64,000 nucleotides of DNA from Balanoglossus misakiensis (taxonomy: Eukaryota > Animalia > Hemichordata): NCBI GenBank assembly GCA_040954595.2, contig CM082576.2, positions 12,713,129-12,777,128 of the forward strand, read 5' to 3'. Numbering within the stretch: position 1 is the first letter of the stretch; each line of letters begins with the position of its first letter. Below the pieces are notes generated by a model, which was given only the letters and a program-made list of their open reading frames with translations, was not told the DNA's origin and did no database searches. This document shows, piece by piece, positions 37,901-51,123 of this stretch. The position numbers and the translations under genes were made by a program.

Positions 37901-40900
37901 ACAGATGTGGTAGAATTAATATTTTTTGATAGTATTAGTACATTATAAATTACAGTGTAATATTTCAGAATCAGAATTTAACATGTGAGATATTTACTCA
38001 GAGTACCTAGCATGGATTAATTTATCTGTCCAAGAACAATCGGCAAATGTCCAATTTTCATTTTGTGAAATTTTTGAATTGTTTATTATAGCGATATCTC
38101 ATACATGCTGCAGAATTTTTAGAAAAAACATGCTTATCCGTATTATTCTCAATGACTTGCATAATTCTACAAAAATCGGCTAAATAGATTGAAAATTGAG
38201 AGGTTTTGAACACTTTCAAAATACCAAGAGTCAAATATATAGGTTACAATGGAACAGTAAGATTTTGCACATGCAATAGCGCGCGTTTGGAACCTTGCCA
38301 GCCATAGCAGCCAATGCGTGATTTGAATCTTTCAGTATCACCTCAAAGACATGACTTGTGTATTGAAAATTGATATTTCAATTTTTATCCAGCATTGAAG
38401 GCTTTTTTTAGTCACAGAGAATTGAGTCTCATGTCTTTTGTCGTTTGACATACTTTTCGTTAGAATACTTGAATCGAATTTTTTTCCTTTTGACTGATGT
38501 CTCATCAATAAAGAGCTAGAAGTTACAATGGTGGTGCACATAAAGAAAATCATGTTTCTGAAGGTGACAAAAGTACCCAGGGAATATGCAATATATGAAC
38601 TTGAGTTTCCATAAATTACATGTATACAGTTTTCAACTAACCAGTGCAGGAATGTTGATCTTTCAGAACATGTTCACAAATTTCACTTTTTTTTAATAAT
38701 TAATCGTCATTATTGATACCAGTACTCACAATAATGTTTTTTTTCACCCCGAAACAGAGATTCTTTCTGCGAAGCACAAAAACCAACGAGAAGGGAGAGA
38801 CACCCAAATATGTTTGCCCCAAAGGGAGCCAGAAATGCGATATCAACAAAACGACCAGAATCCGATGCCAGTACTGCCGCTTGCAAAAATGCTTCGAGGT
38901 TGGCATGGCGAGGAAAGGTAGGTCCCAGCATGCTCCATTACACATTCATATGCAAATGTCAAAGGGGGAGAATGAAACTTGATCTGGACGTGTTGTTTGC
39001 AACCAATGGGGGGGCATAAGTCTGCTATGAGCATGATATGTACAGTACTAGTCATGTACAATATTAATGTTAATAGCAAACAAATTATAGGTTGCCCATA
39101 TACACAGAAATTTTAATCAAATTGAAATAAATTTAATCAAACGGGTAATACACGATGAAGAAGTGTAATGGCTGGGAAGATTTGTAAAGTGATATGGCAT
39201 TATGATTGAGAAGCCTGAAAGGGGAATGAACTCGATTGAAAGATGGTAAGGTCAGTCAGTGTGTCACACTCTCCGTTGAGGGGTGATTTGCAATAATGTA
39301 TGGTTGGCTGAACAAGTTATATGATCCCTGGAGAATGCGGAGGTAATATTGATAAGCTCCACTGACCAGGGATTATATAATTGTTATTGTAAAGGTGTAT
39401 TCATGCATACAGAATGATAACAGTATTGATATGAATCTGAATTGCAGACTTAAAATTATGAATATATTTAAATATTTTAATGTTTTCTATAGATGGCACG
39501 CTTAAATAATATACCAAGCAATTTCTCTGTGTTGTGTGCAAACCTAGTCCAGAAAGTTTCCTTGGCTCTGCCAAAAATACAGGGCTCTTGGCAGACTCAA
39601 AAAGGCAAGATAGATTCCTATTTATTTTGTGACATCTGTCTTATTTCTGATTTCTTGTCGTACTATCTCCGATGTTTTTTTTTGGCTATAAAGGTTGGGG
39701 AACATTGGTAAATGATTTGGGAAACCCAGTAACACTTTTGCTAATAAAAAATGTGTCATAGCTGGTAGTATTCACATGTTCTGACCAAATACAAGTACAT
39801 GGTTATGAGTTGAGCTCAACAACCAGTCATTGAGCATTGTATTTCAGTGAGCAAAAAAACATCATTTGAAGTGGTCTGTTTGTATACTGTAACCGTGTAC
39901 TAGTACAGGTATACATGTATCTACCAGGGTATCTGTGAATGTATGGTAGGTACATGTATGACATTATGTGTGGTTGTATATTTGTTTTCTATGTACATGC
40001 AGTTGTATATGTGTATGCTGTTTATTCAATTATTGGTATATTTTTAATGCAAAAAAGTTTACACAAAGGAGTTACACGGTGTGTTTGGACTGAGACTGAG
40101 TCTGAAAGAAAGTGTTTTTTGAAATGTGGGTCAGTACATTGGATACACACATTGCACTAATGGACTGACTCGGCAGAGAGCCAGTACACGTTTGGTCAAC
40201 AGACGTGTCAGTGCCCTTTTTTCAGGTGCACTTTTTCACCTAACATCTAGCTCTCGTTTGCTATTTAACAGACACATGATAAAAGATAATTATTATATTG
40301 AAAATGAATTAGGAAGGGACAATGCTTCGTCAATATATACTAAGATACCAATTTTGAAAAATTAACTTTGTTTTAGATCCTTGACATCAGGCCCTTTTTA
40401 TCGATAAAGGTCAAATATATGTTGTGATGGGGTCTGGATGACTTCAGAGGTGAACCCGCACAACAATGGTAGCATCAGGGATATCTCAATGTATGGTCTG
40501 TGTTTATTCTGATACTGCTGTGTCAGCTGAAATGTTGTCCAAAGGAGAAATGAGCCTGAGAAGTCACAGCTGAGCTATGCATGCACCTTCTGTGAATCAC
40601 CGTGGAATTGATGATTCTGGAAGTTTTTATATATGCAAGGAGATCTTACTACTACATTGTATACTGCATGTCGTAAAATTTGTGCTACTTATAGTTTTGT
40701 AGTTCCTCAGAACAGGATTGCCATTACATGCTGAGTAGGCAATGGGAAGGTCGCTTTAATGGGATCAAGGTCATGGTCGATGTTATTATGACCTGCACTG
40801 TCATAGTGGATAAGTGGTCAAGCCCAGCCCATGGGCTGTGGTAGACATTATTTGTCTAAAACTGTTTTTAAATCTCAGAATACAGTGTTGCTGTATACAT

Positions 40901-42231
40901 GTAACAGAAATAAAATAATAGTCCTGTTAGTGTTAACCTCTGTGATTTGGTGCAGAAATTATTTTTGAATCCTAACTTTTAAGTTTAATACAAGCACGGG
41001 TAACTGCAATATAGTTATTGCCATTTTCACACCAAAACTAAATGTCAAAAATTATATTAAAACTTCAAGTGGTGGTATACCTGTACAGGGAGAAAAAAAA
41101 CATCAAAAGCCAATGTTTACAAACTAGCATTGTTGTGGGTGTGACATTGCTTGATGTCTGCAACCATGGTAACGATTTATTTGAATGTTATCAGAGAAGA
41201 AGCAGTGAAACTAGCAAAGATAAGCGATAGAAATTTCTGGCAATATTTATGAGTCCCAAAGGAACTCATTAGTGGATATTTCCTAACAGTTGTTATTGGA
41301 GTGAGCATGGTGACATAAACTTCACAAGTCTGTTTCTTGTAAATGTTACTATTCATCAAGGACAACTTGCACATAAAGCTTTTAAATACATGTACTACAC
41401 TTTTAGTGCATATTGGTTAATATTTAGTGTGATATTATCGGAGGCATTCTGCAGACAGGTACTGCAGATTTTAAAAGAAATTATTTTTCAATTTTCTGAT
41501 TTTTTTTTATTAATGTTCAAAGGCCAACTATAAACAGGATATGCTTGGGTTTTTTTTTCTATCTGAGCTTAATTTGAGCCTGTCACAGACAGCAGTTATC
41601 TGACACTGCAGGTACGAATTCTGTGCCGTACCTTGTGGCAATAAAATGTTTTTTAGAGTCATTACATGTTAACACATGCTCATCTGGTGGTAGTAAAATA
41701 ATCAGGTCGTCATTATGGAGCCAGAAGTCATTGAGAATTGAGAAGAGTTTCATGGTTGCTGAGTAATGCAGTAAATCTACATGTATGATAGTTCTGCTAC
41801 AGTACAGGTAGTACTGTACGTGTCCTTAGTTTGTGCAGAAGTCGCTGTGACATATATATTAAAACGCAGTGGGTCACTGAGATTATCTGTTTTGCGTCAT
41901 AGTATTAGTAAGGGCACGTTCTTAGTTTGTACAGAGGTTACACTGAAGCATGTGTAGTTTGTTGAAATATACCACCAGTGTGACATTGTAAAAACAGCTC
42001 CAAGTTAATAGTCAGATTGCGATACGTCTTGTAAATTGTATTGATGTACATGTACCAGTATATGTCTTTCTATCGAAAATTGTAATTGTGTGTTGTTTGA
42101 AGAACTGGAATGATTACATGAACTGCATAGATAAGGCCTGTAGTTTTTCCATTTCTGAAATCTCTGTGTGAGAATTCTGGCTCTTTTACATGTGGTTCAA
42201 GGTCACCATCTACATGTAGTGTTGGGCTTTC

Positions 42232-42282
<51 letters not shown>

Positions 42283-45200
42283 CCATCACCATCACCATCA
42301 CCATCATCATCATCATCATCATCATTTATAATACAAGGGTTGATCAATGGAAACATGACGCTATTATCACTATGGTGATAATTGTAAATAGCACATTTAC
42401 ATGAGCTAGTATATTGCATTATTAACATATTCATGGGCGGTTTGGTTATCATTTTCATATCCTGTTTACTTTCATAAGATACTTAGGGCTGCCTCTCAAA
42501 GAAATAATCACATCCTGGACAGGAAGAAACTTAATTTAATACGTTCACCATCGACGTCATCAGATGAAAATATCCTACAGCAGAATTGATCTTCAGAATT
42601 CTTACAATGGATGGTGTATCTCTAAAGTGTCTATGAGGATTATGGATATCAGGAAAAAATATGTCAAAAATATAACTAATTATGGCGATGATTTGCAAAC
42701 TGTATCTATGACAACGGCTTTACAGCCCATCTACACTGAAAATCACTGATGAGACAAAACTGAAAGCTGTTACACATTTTTGACTTGAACCAACAAGCTC
42801 TGTTGACGGCAGAGTGATGCATTGTTGTACAGTGTATTGCAGTGACAGAATGAGAGACTTCTTGCAATTAAACGCGAGTCATGGATTTTCTCTCAGGCAA
42901 ACCTTTTACTTTATGTGTAACTGGATCTAAACATCTCGCTTCTCATGATGGATCGTACTTCCTACTGAGAATACAAAAAAGTGAGTGCGGGGTTTACCAG
43001 CTAAAGCTGGATTTAAAAATGAATCAATACAGATGTGGTACAATTTAGGTCTCTGTCTGAATTTCACAAAAATACAAGTTGATATTTTGTTACATGTACA
43101 TATATATAAATCTCTGTAGTCAGAAAAAAAAATTAAAAAGCTTTTTGGATAAATTGCAGGTATCCTGGAAAGATGGTGGGTTTATGCGACATTGCTGTTG
43201 GTTGTTTTGCAGTTTGTGTTTCCATGCTTACATATGAAAAAGGCTTCACTGATTGCGTCTCTTTTTTGATCCACTACAGGTACGCCAGCAGCCCAGGGAT
43301 TGTTGGATTTGAAAAACATCCCCAAGACACCCTGTCAAGTATGCGAAGCAGAGTCGTCCGGTTTACATTTTGGTGCCATAACCTGTGAAGGATGTAAGGT
43401 AAAAAAAACTAAAAAAACAGCAACAGTTCACGGTTTAATACTCTGGCTGTAGTCGTCAAAAGATATAACCACAATGGCCAATGTGCTTTGAAGGTATACA
43501 GTCACCTCCAATTTACATACGCCCATATATGGCTGAAATGGTGTATGTGAGCGTTCTACAGGTGGCGCTTTTTTTTTCGCGTGTGCCACCCACTGAAAAT
43601 CTGTGATTGGCTAGATCTCAATTTGCTATGGTAACTATAGCTAATTTTAAACCGGTGACCGTATACCTTTAAACGGCATATTGAGACACGGCAATAATGT
43701 GAAGTGAAAAGAGGAACTTCCTTGTGATGTTAAACACTGAATATATGCATGGGAATCACACAACAAACAATCTAAATTTCTGGAGCTGCTTTCTATCCTA
43801 TATTACTGTCCAATTCACTAAATATTAAAAAAAATACAGATAAAATATCTTCAGATGGTGATGGCTTGTCTCCTACAAATACTAGAAGTACATGTATACA
43901 TTTCGGGAGCTTTTAAGTGCAGCATTTGTTCAATAAAGAGGAAAACGAAGTTAGTCAGTGTCAACAATTATGGCTGAAGAGTGGAGATATAGAAACGTGC
44001 AATGAATATCACAGTACATTAAAATGGAATCATGGAATATGCTCTTTTCATTTATAAAATGTTCCATCTATCAATACAGTATACAACATGACAGTGGCAT
44101 TCACTGTCGCTTGATCTATTTTGAAATGAAACTGGCACAAAAAGAAAATGTCAAACGTCGATGTCGACCTCCAACTAATGATGGAGCACCAGGGATTGAG
44201 AACGGTAGCCTAAAGCATCCTTGCTTAGCACTGGCAGCTCCGGAGATCAACGAAGCCATTTAATGTGTGCCAGTCAAAGTTGTTGAAATGAATCAAAGCA
44301 GATTTTTTTGCCAACCTAGAAGTGAACTTTGTTCTCCTGTTGTAGTGCAGCAAAAGTTTTTTTTTACTCTCTAAAATCCTCCAGCCAAATTTATAGTGGA
44401 TAGCAAATGGTGCACCTCTATAGTGTGAAAAATAAGATAGTCTGAAGAATCTATATGGTGTAGTCATGATGAATATTCTCTGACAGAAGTCAAAGATTGA
44501 TTTGACAGTGTTAAAAGCTTCCTTTCGTGGATGCAGCATTATCACAAGTCATCTGTCAATCGATACAGGCAGGGAATGTCATCAGATGGTCATGATAAAA
44601 TTGAAGAGGAATAACATTTGTCAGTTAGTTTAAGTAAAAAATAAGACTTGATTTACACTTAGATTTCAGTTAATTTCAGAGCTAAAATGTTGTTGAGACA
44701 GTGGTTAATATCATATTCAATTTTAACACACACACACGCATTCTCTCTCTCAAACAGACCACAATATTCTTTTCTAGTGAATGTGAACACACAATGTCAT
44801 TGGTGTTGATTATCTTGGATCCAAAATAATTTTGACACTTGTTGCAGACAACGGAAGTCTGACATCTTTGTGTTTGTCTTCAGCCTTGACTTATTAGGAA
44901 GAAAAAAAATCCCACAGGCATTATTGTCAACATTTTTTCCCCAGGAAATGTCATCTTAGTGGGTAAATCTAATAGCTTGTCAAATGATGTGCAAAAATAT
45001 GCTGTATTTATCCCTGAGGATCCTTTGTTAATTGCCAAGACTGGGAATTCAAACATGTCCTGGTACAAACAAAACCATATTATGTGTTAAGTGAAAAAAT
45101 TCCATAGAAATATGTATTCCAATCTACCTATCAACCGACATGTAATTTTATACTGTCATGTGACATCTTCAGGGTACTACATTGTACATACTGCTAACCA

Positions 45201-48200
45201 CCCGTCAACCAGTCGATGTTTGTTCGGGCCATGCATCTAGCATTGAATATCGCTGCCGATGAAAGTCAGTTCATATTCTACCACTAGTATGTTTTCTGTA
45301 GAACACTGCTGGGACTCCATTTTGATTCTAGTGTATAGGCCTATTGCCACACTTACACAGCTTCAATTTTCGGCAATTAATTATAACCGGGATTGCCAAT
45401 TTCTCTGCAGGGTTTCTTCAGACGCAGCGTGCAGGAGAGGAACAGCCAGGAGTACAAATGCAAGAAGAATAAAAATTGCCCGATCACGCCAGGCACCAGA
45501 AGTTCGTGTCAGTATTGCAGATATCAGAAATGTCGCCAGGTTGGCATGGCGATGGAATGTGAGTAAAATTGGCAAATTCCGTCACTAGGCGCATGCAGTG
45601 ATAAAATGTACATCAGATGTCAGATCGTTTCTTCCATTCAGTGCGCCCTCTACAGGCGTGTTTTTGAGTTCAATGTTTATAAACTTTTCTCAGTTGTATC
45701 CATGGCAATTTCTTTCACGGTTCTCTTGACCCACTTTTTAACATAAACATGGTATACTCGCAAAACTACATTTAGTGAAAATATTCCCACTTTTCAGCAA
45801 TTCAAATGGGGAGGCAGTCCAACCATCAAAAGTACCTGATCATGACGAAGCAGAAGATCGACAACGGAAGCCTCTCGCCCTCCAGCTTCGCCAGCTTTTC
45901 ACCGTCGAGTTTCGGATCCCCGAAGTCAATCCCGTCGCCTTCGTCCTCAGGGTCGGCTTCACCCAGATCGCCGGCCTCGCCCCCCACTTACCCCGTCGTC
46001 CGAAGCCCCGTCTCTCTGGCGCCGCTGAAGAATCCCCCGGGAGGGAGGATGAGCGGCCCCCTGAGACCACCGCTCAGTAGGGTGTCGGCCCTGCCGCAGA
46101 AGGCCGGACCGGTGACGCTCGGATCTCCGAAGAGGAGTCCGCCCACCGAGATAACGGTCCTGCCGGCGCTGAAAGTGAAAACCGAAGGACAGTGGTCTCC
46201 CGGTCTGGAAACCCCGACGCCCTCCACCAACGGCTCGTTAGTGCCTCAATCGCCGCTGTCCAACGGCCGACCCCTGGCGCCGATTCAACAAACTTTCGTC
46301 CCGTCGTCGTCATCATCCTCGTCCTCCTCGTCGCTCTCATCACTGTCAACATCACCGTCACCGGTCGCCGCACAGCCCTCGCTGAACAACACGGTCGGGG
46401 TCAACATGCCCATCGGGTTCAACGACGCCATGCAGCAGATCGAAGACCTGGCCATCATCAACAGCGCCGCGGCCGAGATCATGGGCGAGGCCCCTCCCGT
46501 ACTGGACGAGAACACCGCAGTCTTCATCGAAGAAATCGTGGAGGCCTACACAGAGATGGAACCTATGTACAATGGGGTAAAACTAAAAGTACTATCAGCC
46601 TCCTCTCTCACTATTGTAATTTCTTTCAGACATTTCATACACTTCCTTGATAAAACTGTGTTTTTGTCATGCCAATGAAAACGGTAAGATGACATCAGAA
46701 TGAGAAATCATCAAGATGTTTTGAATATGTCCACTGTTTGTAATGTCCATAATCATTTCTTAACAGATCTTCAGTACATATATTTCTCATAACTATTTCT
46801 TGCACACATACATGTATACATACTTAAATGGCTAATACTGTTTATTTCAACCACATATCCTGTATTTCCGTCCTCCTAAAATAACCTTTAGTTATTTTTT
46901 TCAGTAATATTTGTTTAAGTCTGTCAACTACAGATTTTTGTTCAACTTCCTGTTGCATGATGAAATGTCCCGTAGCTTATCAGCACAGCCCATGCATGTA
47001 CAGTCCAGCGTTGTCATTGTTTGAAAATTGAATCAAAATCTTGAGTTAAATTCATTTGTAAGAGTGGTCATTACAAATATACAAGGTTTGTTGGGAAGCA
47101 AAATATTGGGCATTTTATCATGGTTTTCAGGACAGAAATCTGCAGTTGACACATGAAATTACATATTGTTAAAAAATGTCAAATGTCAGTCATTTCAGAC
47201 TAAGACTAATACAAAACACAGATATCAGTTCATACCATACCATACATGTAACTGTACAAGTGTATATACTCTGGTGTATGTAACTTCAATATGGGCATTT
47301 ATATTCGGGTATAATATTGAACAGGGCATCTGTTTTGGGTCGGTGTGAAGCGTCTTGGAAGGTCCTTTGCAGCAGTCACGCGCATGCTGTACACACTGAA
47401 GGGAGTTGACAAGGGGATTGACCAATTAGAAGCAACCTTCCAAGACTGCTTCACACCAGCTCTGCATTTTTCGGTGTGGTTGTGGTATGAAATTGTCCGT
47501 CTTGAGATGTTCTTACCGTGGACTTTCCTTTTTAAGTTTCCGAGGATGAAGAAAGAAATCCCAGTTGTGGATGTGGAGAATCTGTGGGACAAGATCATGA
47601 CATCTTTCATGAATAATGTTTATAGCCTTCTGGCATTCACCAAGAAAATCCCGGGTAGGTCCATAATTTAGTTCTGAAAATGTTTGTTTGTTTGTTTGTT
47701 TGTCAGCCAATACTTTCTCCACCACATTGATTTATACATGTACCAGAGAACACTGGAATTAATTGATTGTAAGATGATGCGGAATGCATGTGTTGGCTGA
47801 ATTGTATGGAATTTCGTACAGCCAGGGTCTGTCATTATTTTAGTTTTGCAGCTGTCAACAGCATTTCACATCTAGTAAACTTAAAAACAAATACGCTGTG
47901 TGAGCATGCCAAGGGGGGGGGGGGCATGTTCTTTCCTCACCAATAAATATTTTACGTGCACTTTATAAATTAACAATGGAACTGGAAAAGGCATCTGGCT
48001 ATTAAATTTGCTGGTTAGGTGTACATGTGAAATAGACATTGGAACGCAATTCATCCAACAGGAGACCCTGATTTTAGCAATGACACCAATACATCTTGGA
48101 TTCCCCTGCCTGTTGTGAACATTCCTGCGTCCAATCCTGAATTCAACTTTTCCCCTCACCATCAGGTTTCCGCCAGTTAAAAGTGGAAGACCAGATCCTG

Positions 48201-49435
48201 ATGATCCAACGTGGCATCTGCCAGGTGACCTTGACCGTGCTGGCAGAGGACAAGATCAACACGGGGAGAATCTTCAAGTGGTATTTAGAGGGTGACGAGG
48301 AACTTCAGCTGCTGGCGAGGGAATTCATGCCGTTTAATCTGATGTCCGATCGGGCGGACACCGTGGCCGAAGCGTTCAAAGCGGCCGATCTGGATCATAC
48401 CGAGACCGGCTTCTTAACTGCCCTCCATGTAGTGGCTGCTGGTGAGTTTGTCGTCTGTGACTGTGTCACATTTAGGCCCACAGTTCGTTCTTTAATGATG
48501 GATTTTTTACATAAATATGCCATTCTTGTTTTAATAATACCAGCTGATCGTTTAACCTAGCTGGAGATCAAACTTTGCCACATGTCAAACCTCTTTGTGT
48601 TCATGTGATATGATATACATGTAAATGCCAATGTTAGTACACGGTTCCTGCACCACATGCAACAGCGCCCTCACGTGGCAAACAATGCAACAATGTTAAA
48701 TGGAAAAACAAATGTTGTTTTTACATATCATAAAGACTCGACATTTCACATGAATGGCGATGTATATTTATGTCTTCATAGATTGGCCAAACTTGAAGGA
48801 ACCAGAGAGAGTTGCTGATCTCCAAGTTGCACTTGAAGAAGCACTGGCAAGATACGTCTTAGGTAAGCTGTCCACCAACAACAATGTGTGCTTCTGATTT
48901 TGGTTTTATAACATTCTCAGGCCGAAACCCCAATATAGAAGGATAAATTTTGGCAGGTTTATACCAGAAAGTCAATTGACATTATTGACTACTGATGATA
49001 CTGTAAAACATGTTATTTTCGCAAGCAATAAATTTTCGCGAAATACAATGGAGGTAAAATAATGTGAAAATAAAAAGTTGCGTAAATTTTTTTTCGGAGA
49101 TAGAGGTTCAACTTTGCCATTGAAAACAGTGGGATTTGGTCCAAACCACGATGGTAAATGAGTTGAAGAAATCCATGTGATGTTCGTTTCTTGCAGTGCG
49201 CGACTTCGGCACGGGCAGCAGTCGATACAACACCATCTTGAAACTGAAGATGTTCCTGAGACTGAAGGAGAAGGAACACCACGCCGCCGTGATGCAGTGG
49301 AGGAAGACGCATCCGGATCTCAAGTTCCCGGCTCTGTGGACGGAAGTCCACGAAATTGTACTCAACGATTGCGAAGAAGCACAGAATGATCGGGAGCCAA
49401 TATCACACATCATCAAGAAAGAAAAAGAAAGCTAA
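31974..49435 (+). CDS. Nuclear receptor with two tandem DNA-binding domains and one ligand-binding domain (2DBD-NR), ~668 aa
   Basis: Exons 31974-32060 ([29 protein letters not shown]), 38758-38917 (RFFLRST...[34 protein letters not shown]), 43280-43398 ([40 protein letters not shown]), 45411-45558 (GFFRRSVQE...[33 protein letters not shown]), 45798-46576 (S/P-rich hinge; alternative donor 46588), 47537-47654, 48166-48441 (FTKKIPG|[17 protein letters not shown] signature), 48782-48862, 49197-49435 ([10 protein letters not shown]-2-like). Total 2007 nt, all phases compatible, in-frame stop upstream of the ATG. Confidence 0.93.
32819..32917. repeat. Degenerate copy of the palindromic element at 12948-13067
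   Basis: gattaaaatgagatgtagggtac ... gtaccctacatctgattttaatc inverted arms. Confidence 0.7.
36850..37062. repeat. Degenerate (CA)n/(CACATG)n low-complexity tract
   Basis: Directly visible in intron 1 of the 2DBD-NR. Confidence 0.8.
42234..42323. repeat. (ATC)n microsatellite with ACC interruptions
   Basis: Directly visible; explains the poly-I and poly-D ORFs. Confidence 0.95.
43488..43672. mobile_element. ~180-bp MITE with TTAA-type TSD and AGG...CCT termini (Kolobok-like)
   Basis: ttga|AGGTATACAGTCACC ... GGTGACCGTATACCT|ttaa (15-bp TIR, 1 mismatch). Confidence 0.7.
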
Positions 49436-51123
49436 ATATAAACCTGTAGAATTTGTAGTCGTTTATCACTCTTTTCATCACTTTCAGTTTTTTCTTGTGA
49501 AATGCATTGGCTTTTTGCTCTTGAAAAGACCAAATTTGCTATGACCGAGTGTTGGAAGCTAAATTCTTCGGGAATGGTTTCAGCCGATGTTTCCTGATGT
49601 TATGAAACAAAAGTTGCCTTGTTACTGCATTTTAAATGTTGCTGTCCATGTTTAAAAACTATGTCGTCTTGATAATGTTCATCTATTTCTTATACTGCCA
49701 TAGGTGTCAAGAATTTGTCTTCAAAAGTTCAAAGTTAGTATTATGTGTATAGAAACTTTCAGGCCGGATATATACCCCCGTTGATATCATGTACTGATAT
49801 GAATAATTGTACAAGAGGTTATTTTTTTAAATATAAAATTGTCTATTTTCTTGTCAGAATTTGTCACCTGCAGCTCAGCTATTGTACAATTATTTATCAT
49901 TATACTTTCAAGTATTAACAAATCTTAGTCTTGTGTCTACCAAATACATCAAAGGTGTTCACACTTCAATAAGCAGAGAAAATTAATGAACTGACAGTTT
50001 CCTATGCAAGCCACTTCAAAGCTCTTAGCCGTTGTCGGACAAAGTCCAGTGGCTTGTTTTCTGTGTTTTGAAACACGTTTTTGTTTGTTTGCTTATAAAA
50101 ATTCGGGTGACCTTAGAGATTTGATTTGCCCTTGTACGTGGAGGGAGTGTGGCTGTGTTAGGGGTTGTGAATCGAGGACTGTGTGTACTTCCCAATAACG
50201 GTTGCTATTTTTTTTTCAGATAATTTTTGCTCGACTGTATATAAGAGTTCAATTATCCACATTCCATAATTTGGCATGTTGTTGATTGAGAAAATGTTCA
50301 ACCATTGGGTTCATGTATTTTGCATGACCCATGTTTGACTTTGCGTGTGGACATATCACCATTGGCAAAGTCAAGCTCAGAGTCAACCATGGTTAATGAA
50401 CATGCACACAGAATCGTTGTAACTCCTATTGGAGCGAGAAAAAAATTATATTTTTCTTTGGTACCAAAAATAATTACTCTGTTTCAAATTAAAAGGCAAA
50501 GCACACACCAAAATTAAATATCAGACTGTTCAGTGGGTGGTCAGTGGGCAACTCACGCAAACTGTAAGACAGAGCAAACATGTCGTACATACGGTGAACA
50601 TGAAAAAAGTGACATATCGTATATCAGCAAAAGATTTATAGACCGACAGATTTTGTGATGCGTGTCTTTTGTCGATTGGTTTGGGCGGGAAACTGTTTCG
50701 GCAAACCCTCTAACATCGTGTGATTTTTCTGTAACTGTCAAAAACCTAGACAGTATCTTAAGGGGCTTCAAATATTTTTGAATTGTGGTCCCACTTGATC
50801 AATGACATGAAGGTTTAAGGGAAAAACAGCAGGATGACTTAAGGGGACTTCTGTTTCCGTCATGAAGGTGTTCAAGTGTCCACCGCATGAAGTCAAGAGG
50901 TGTGATTGTCCCCTGATAGTATGCCCCACCACCACCACCACAGGAAATAAATTTGTTCATGCGTGTCTTACTTCCTGGTTCAAAGAGTCACATCGGTCCT
51001 TAGGATTCAAGTATCCATGCCGTTCTTAGTTCCTGGTTCAGAGAGGTCAGATCTGGTCGAAAAATGAAGATTTGCAAAATGTCATTTCAAAAAGTACACA
51101 AGATATTGACAAAATTCCAGTAT

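Noticed and set aside
42168-42458. Poly-Ile and poly-Asp ORFs
   Set aside because: Translations of the (ATC)n microsatellite.
47325-47536. Upstream part of ORF 47345-47671 as part of the NR LBD exon
   Set aside because: The acceptor at 47324 is phase-incompatible with exon 5; the ctttcctttttaag acceptor at 47536 is in phase and LBD similarity begins after it.
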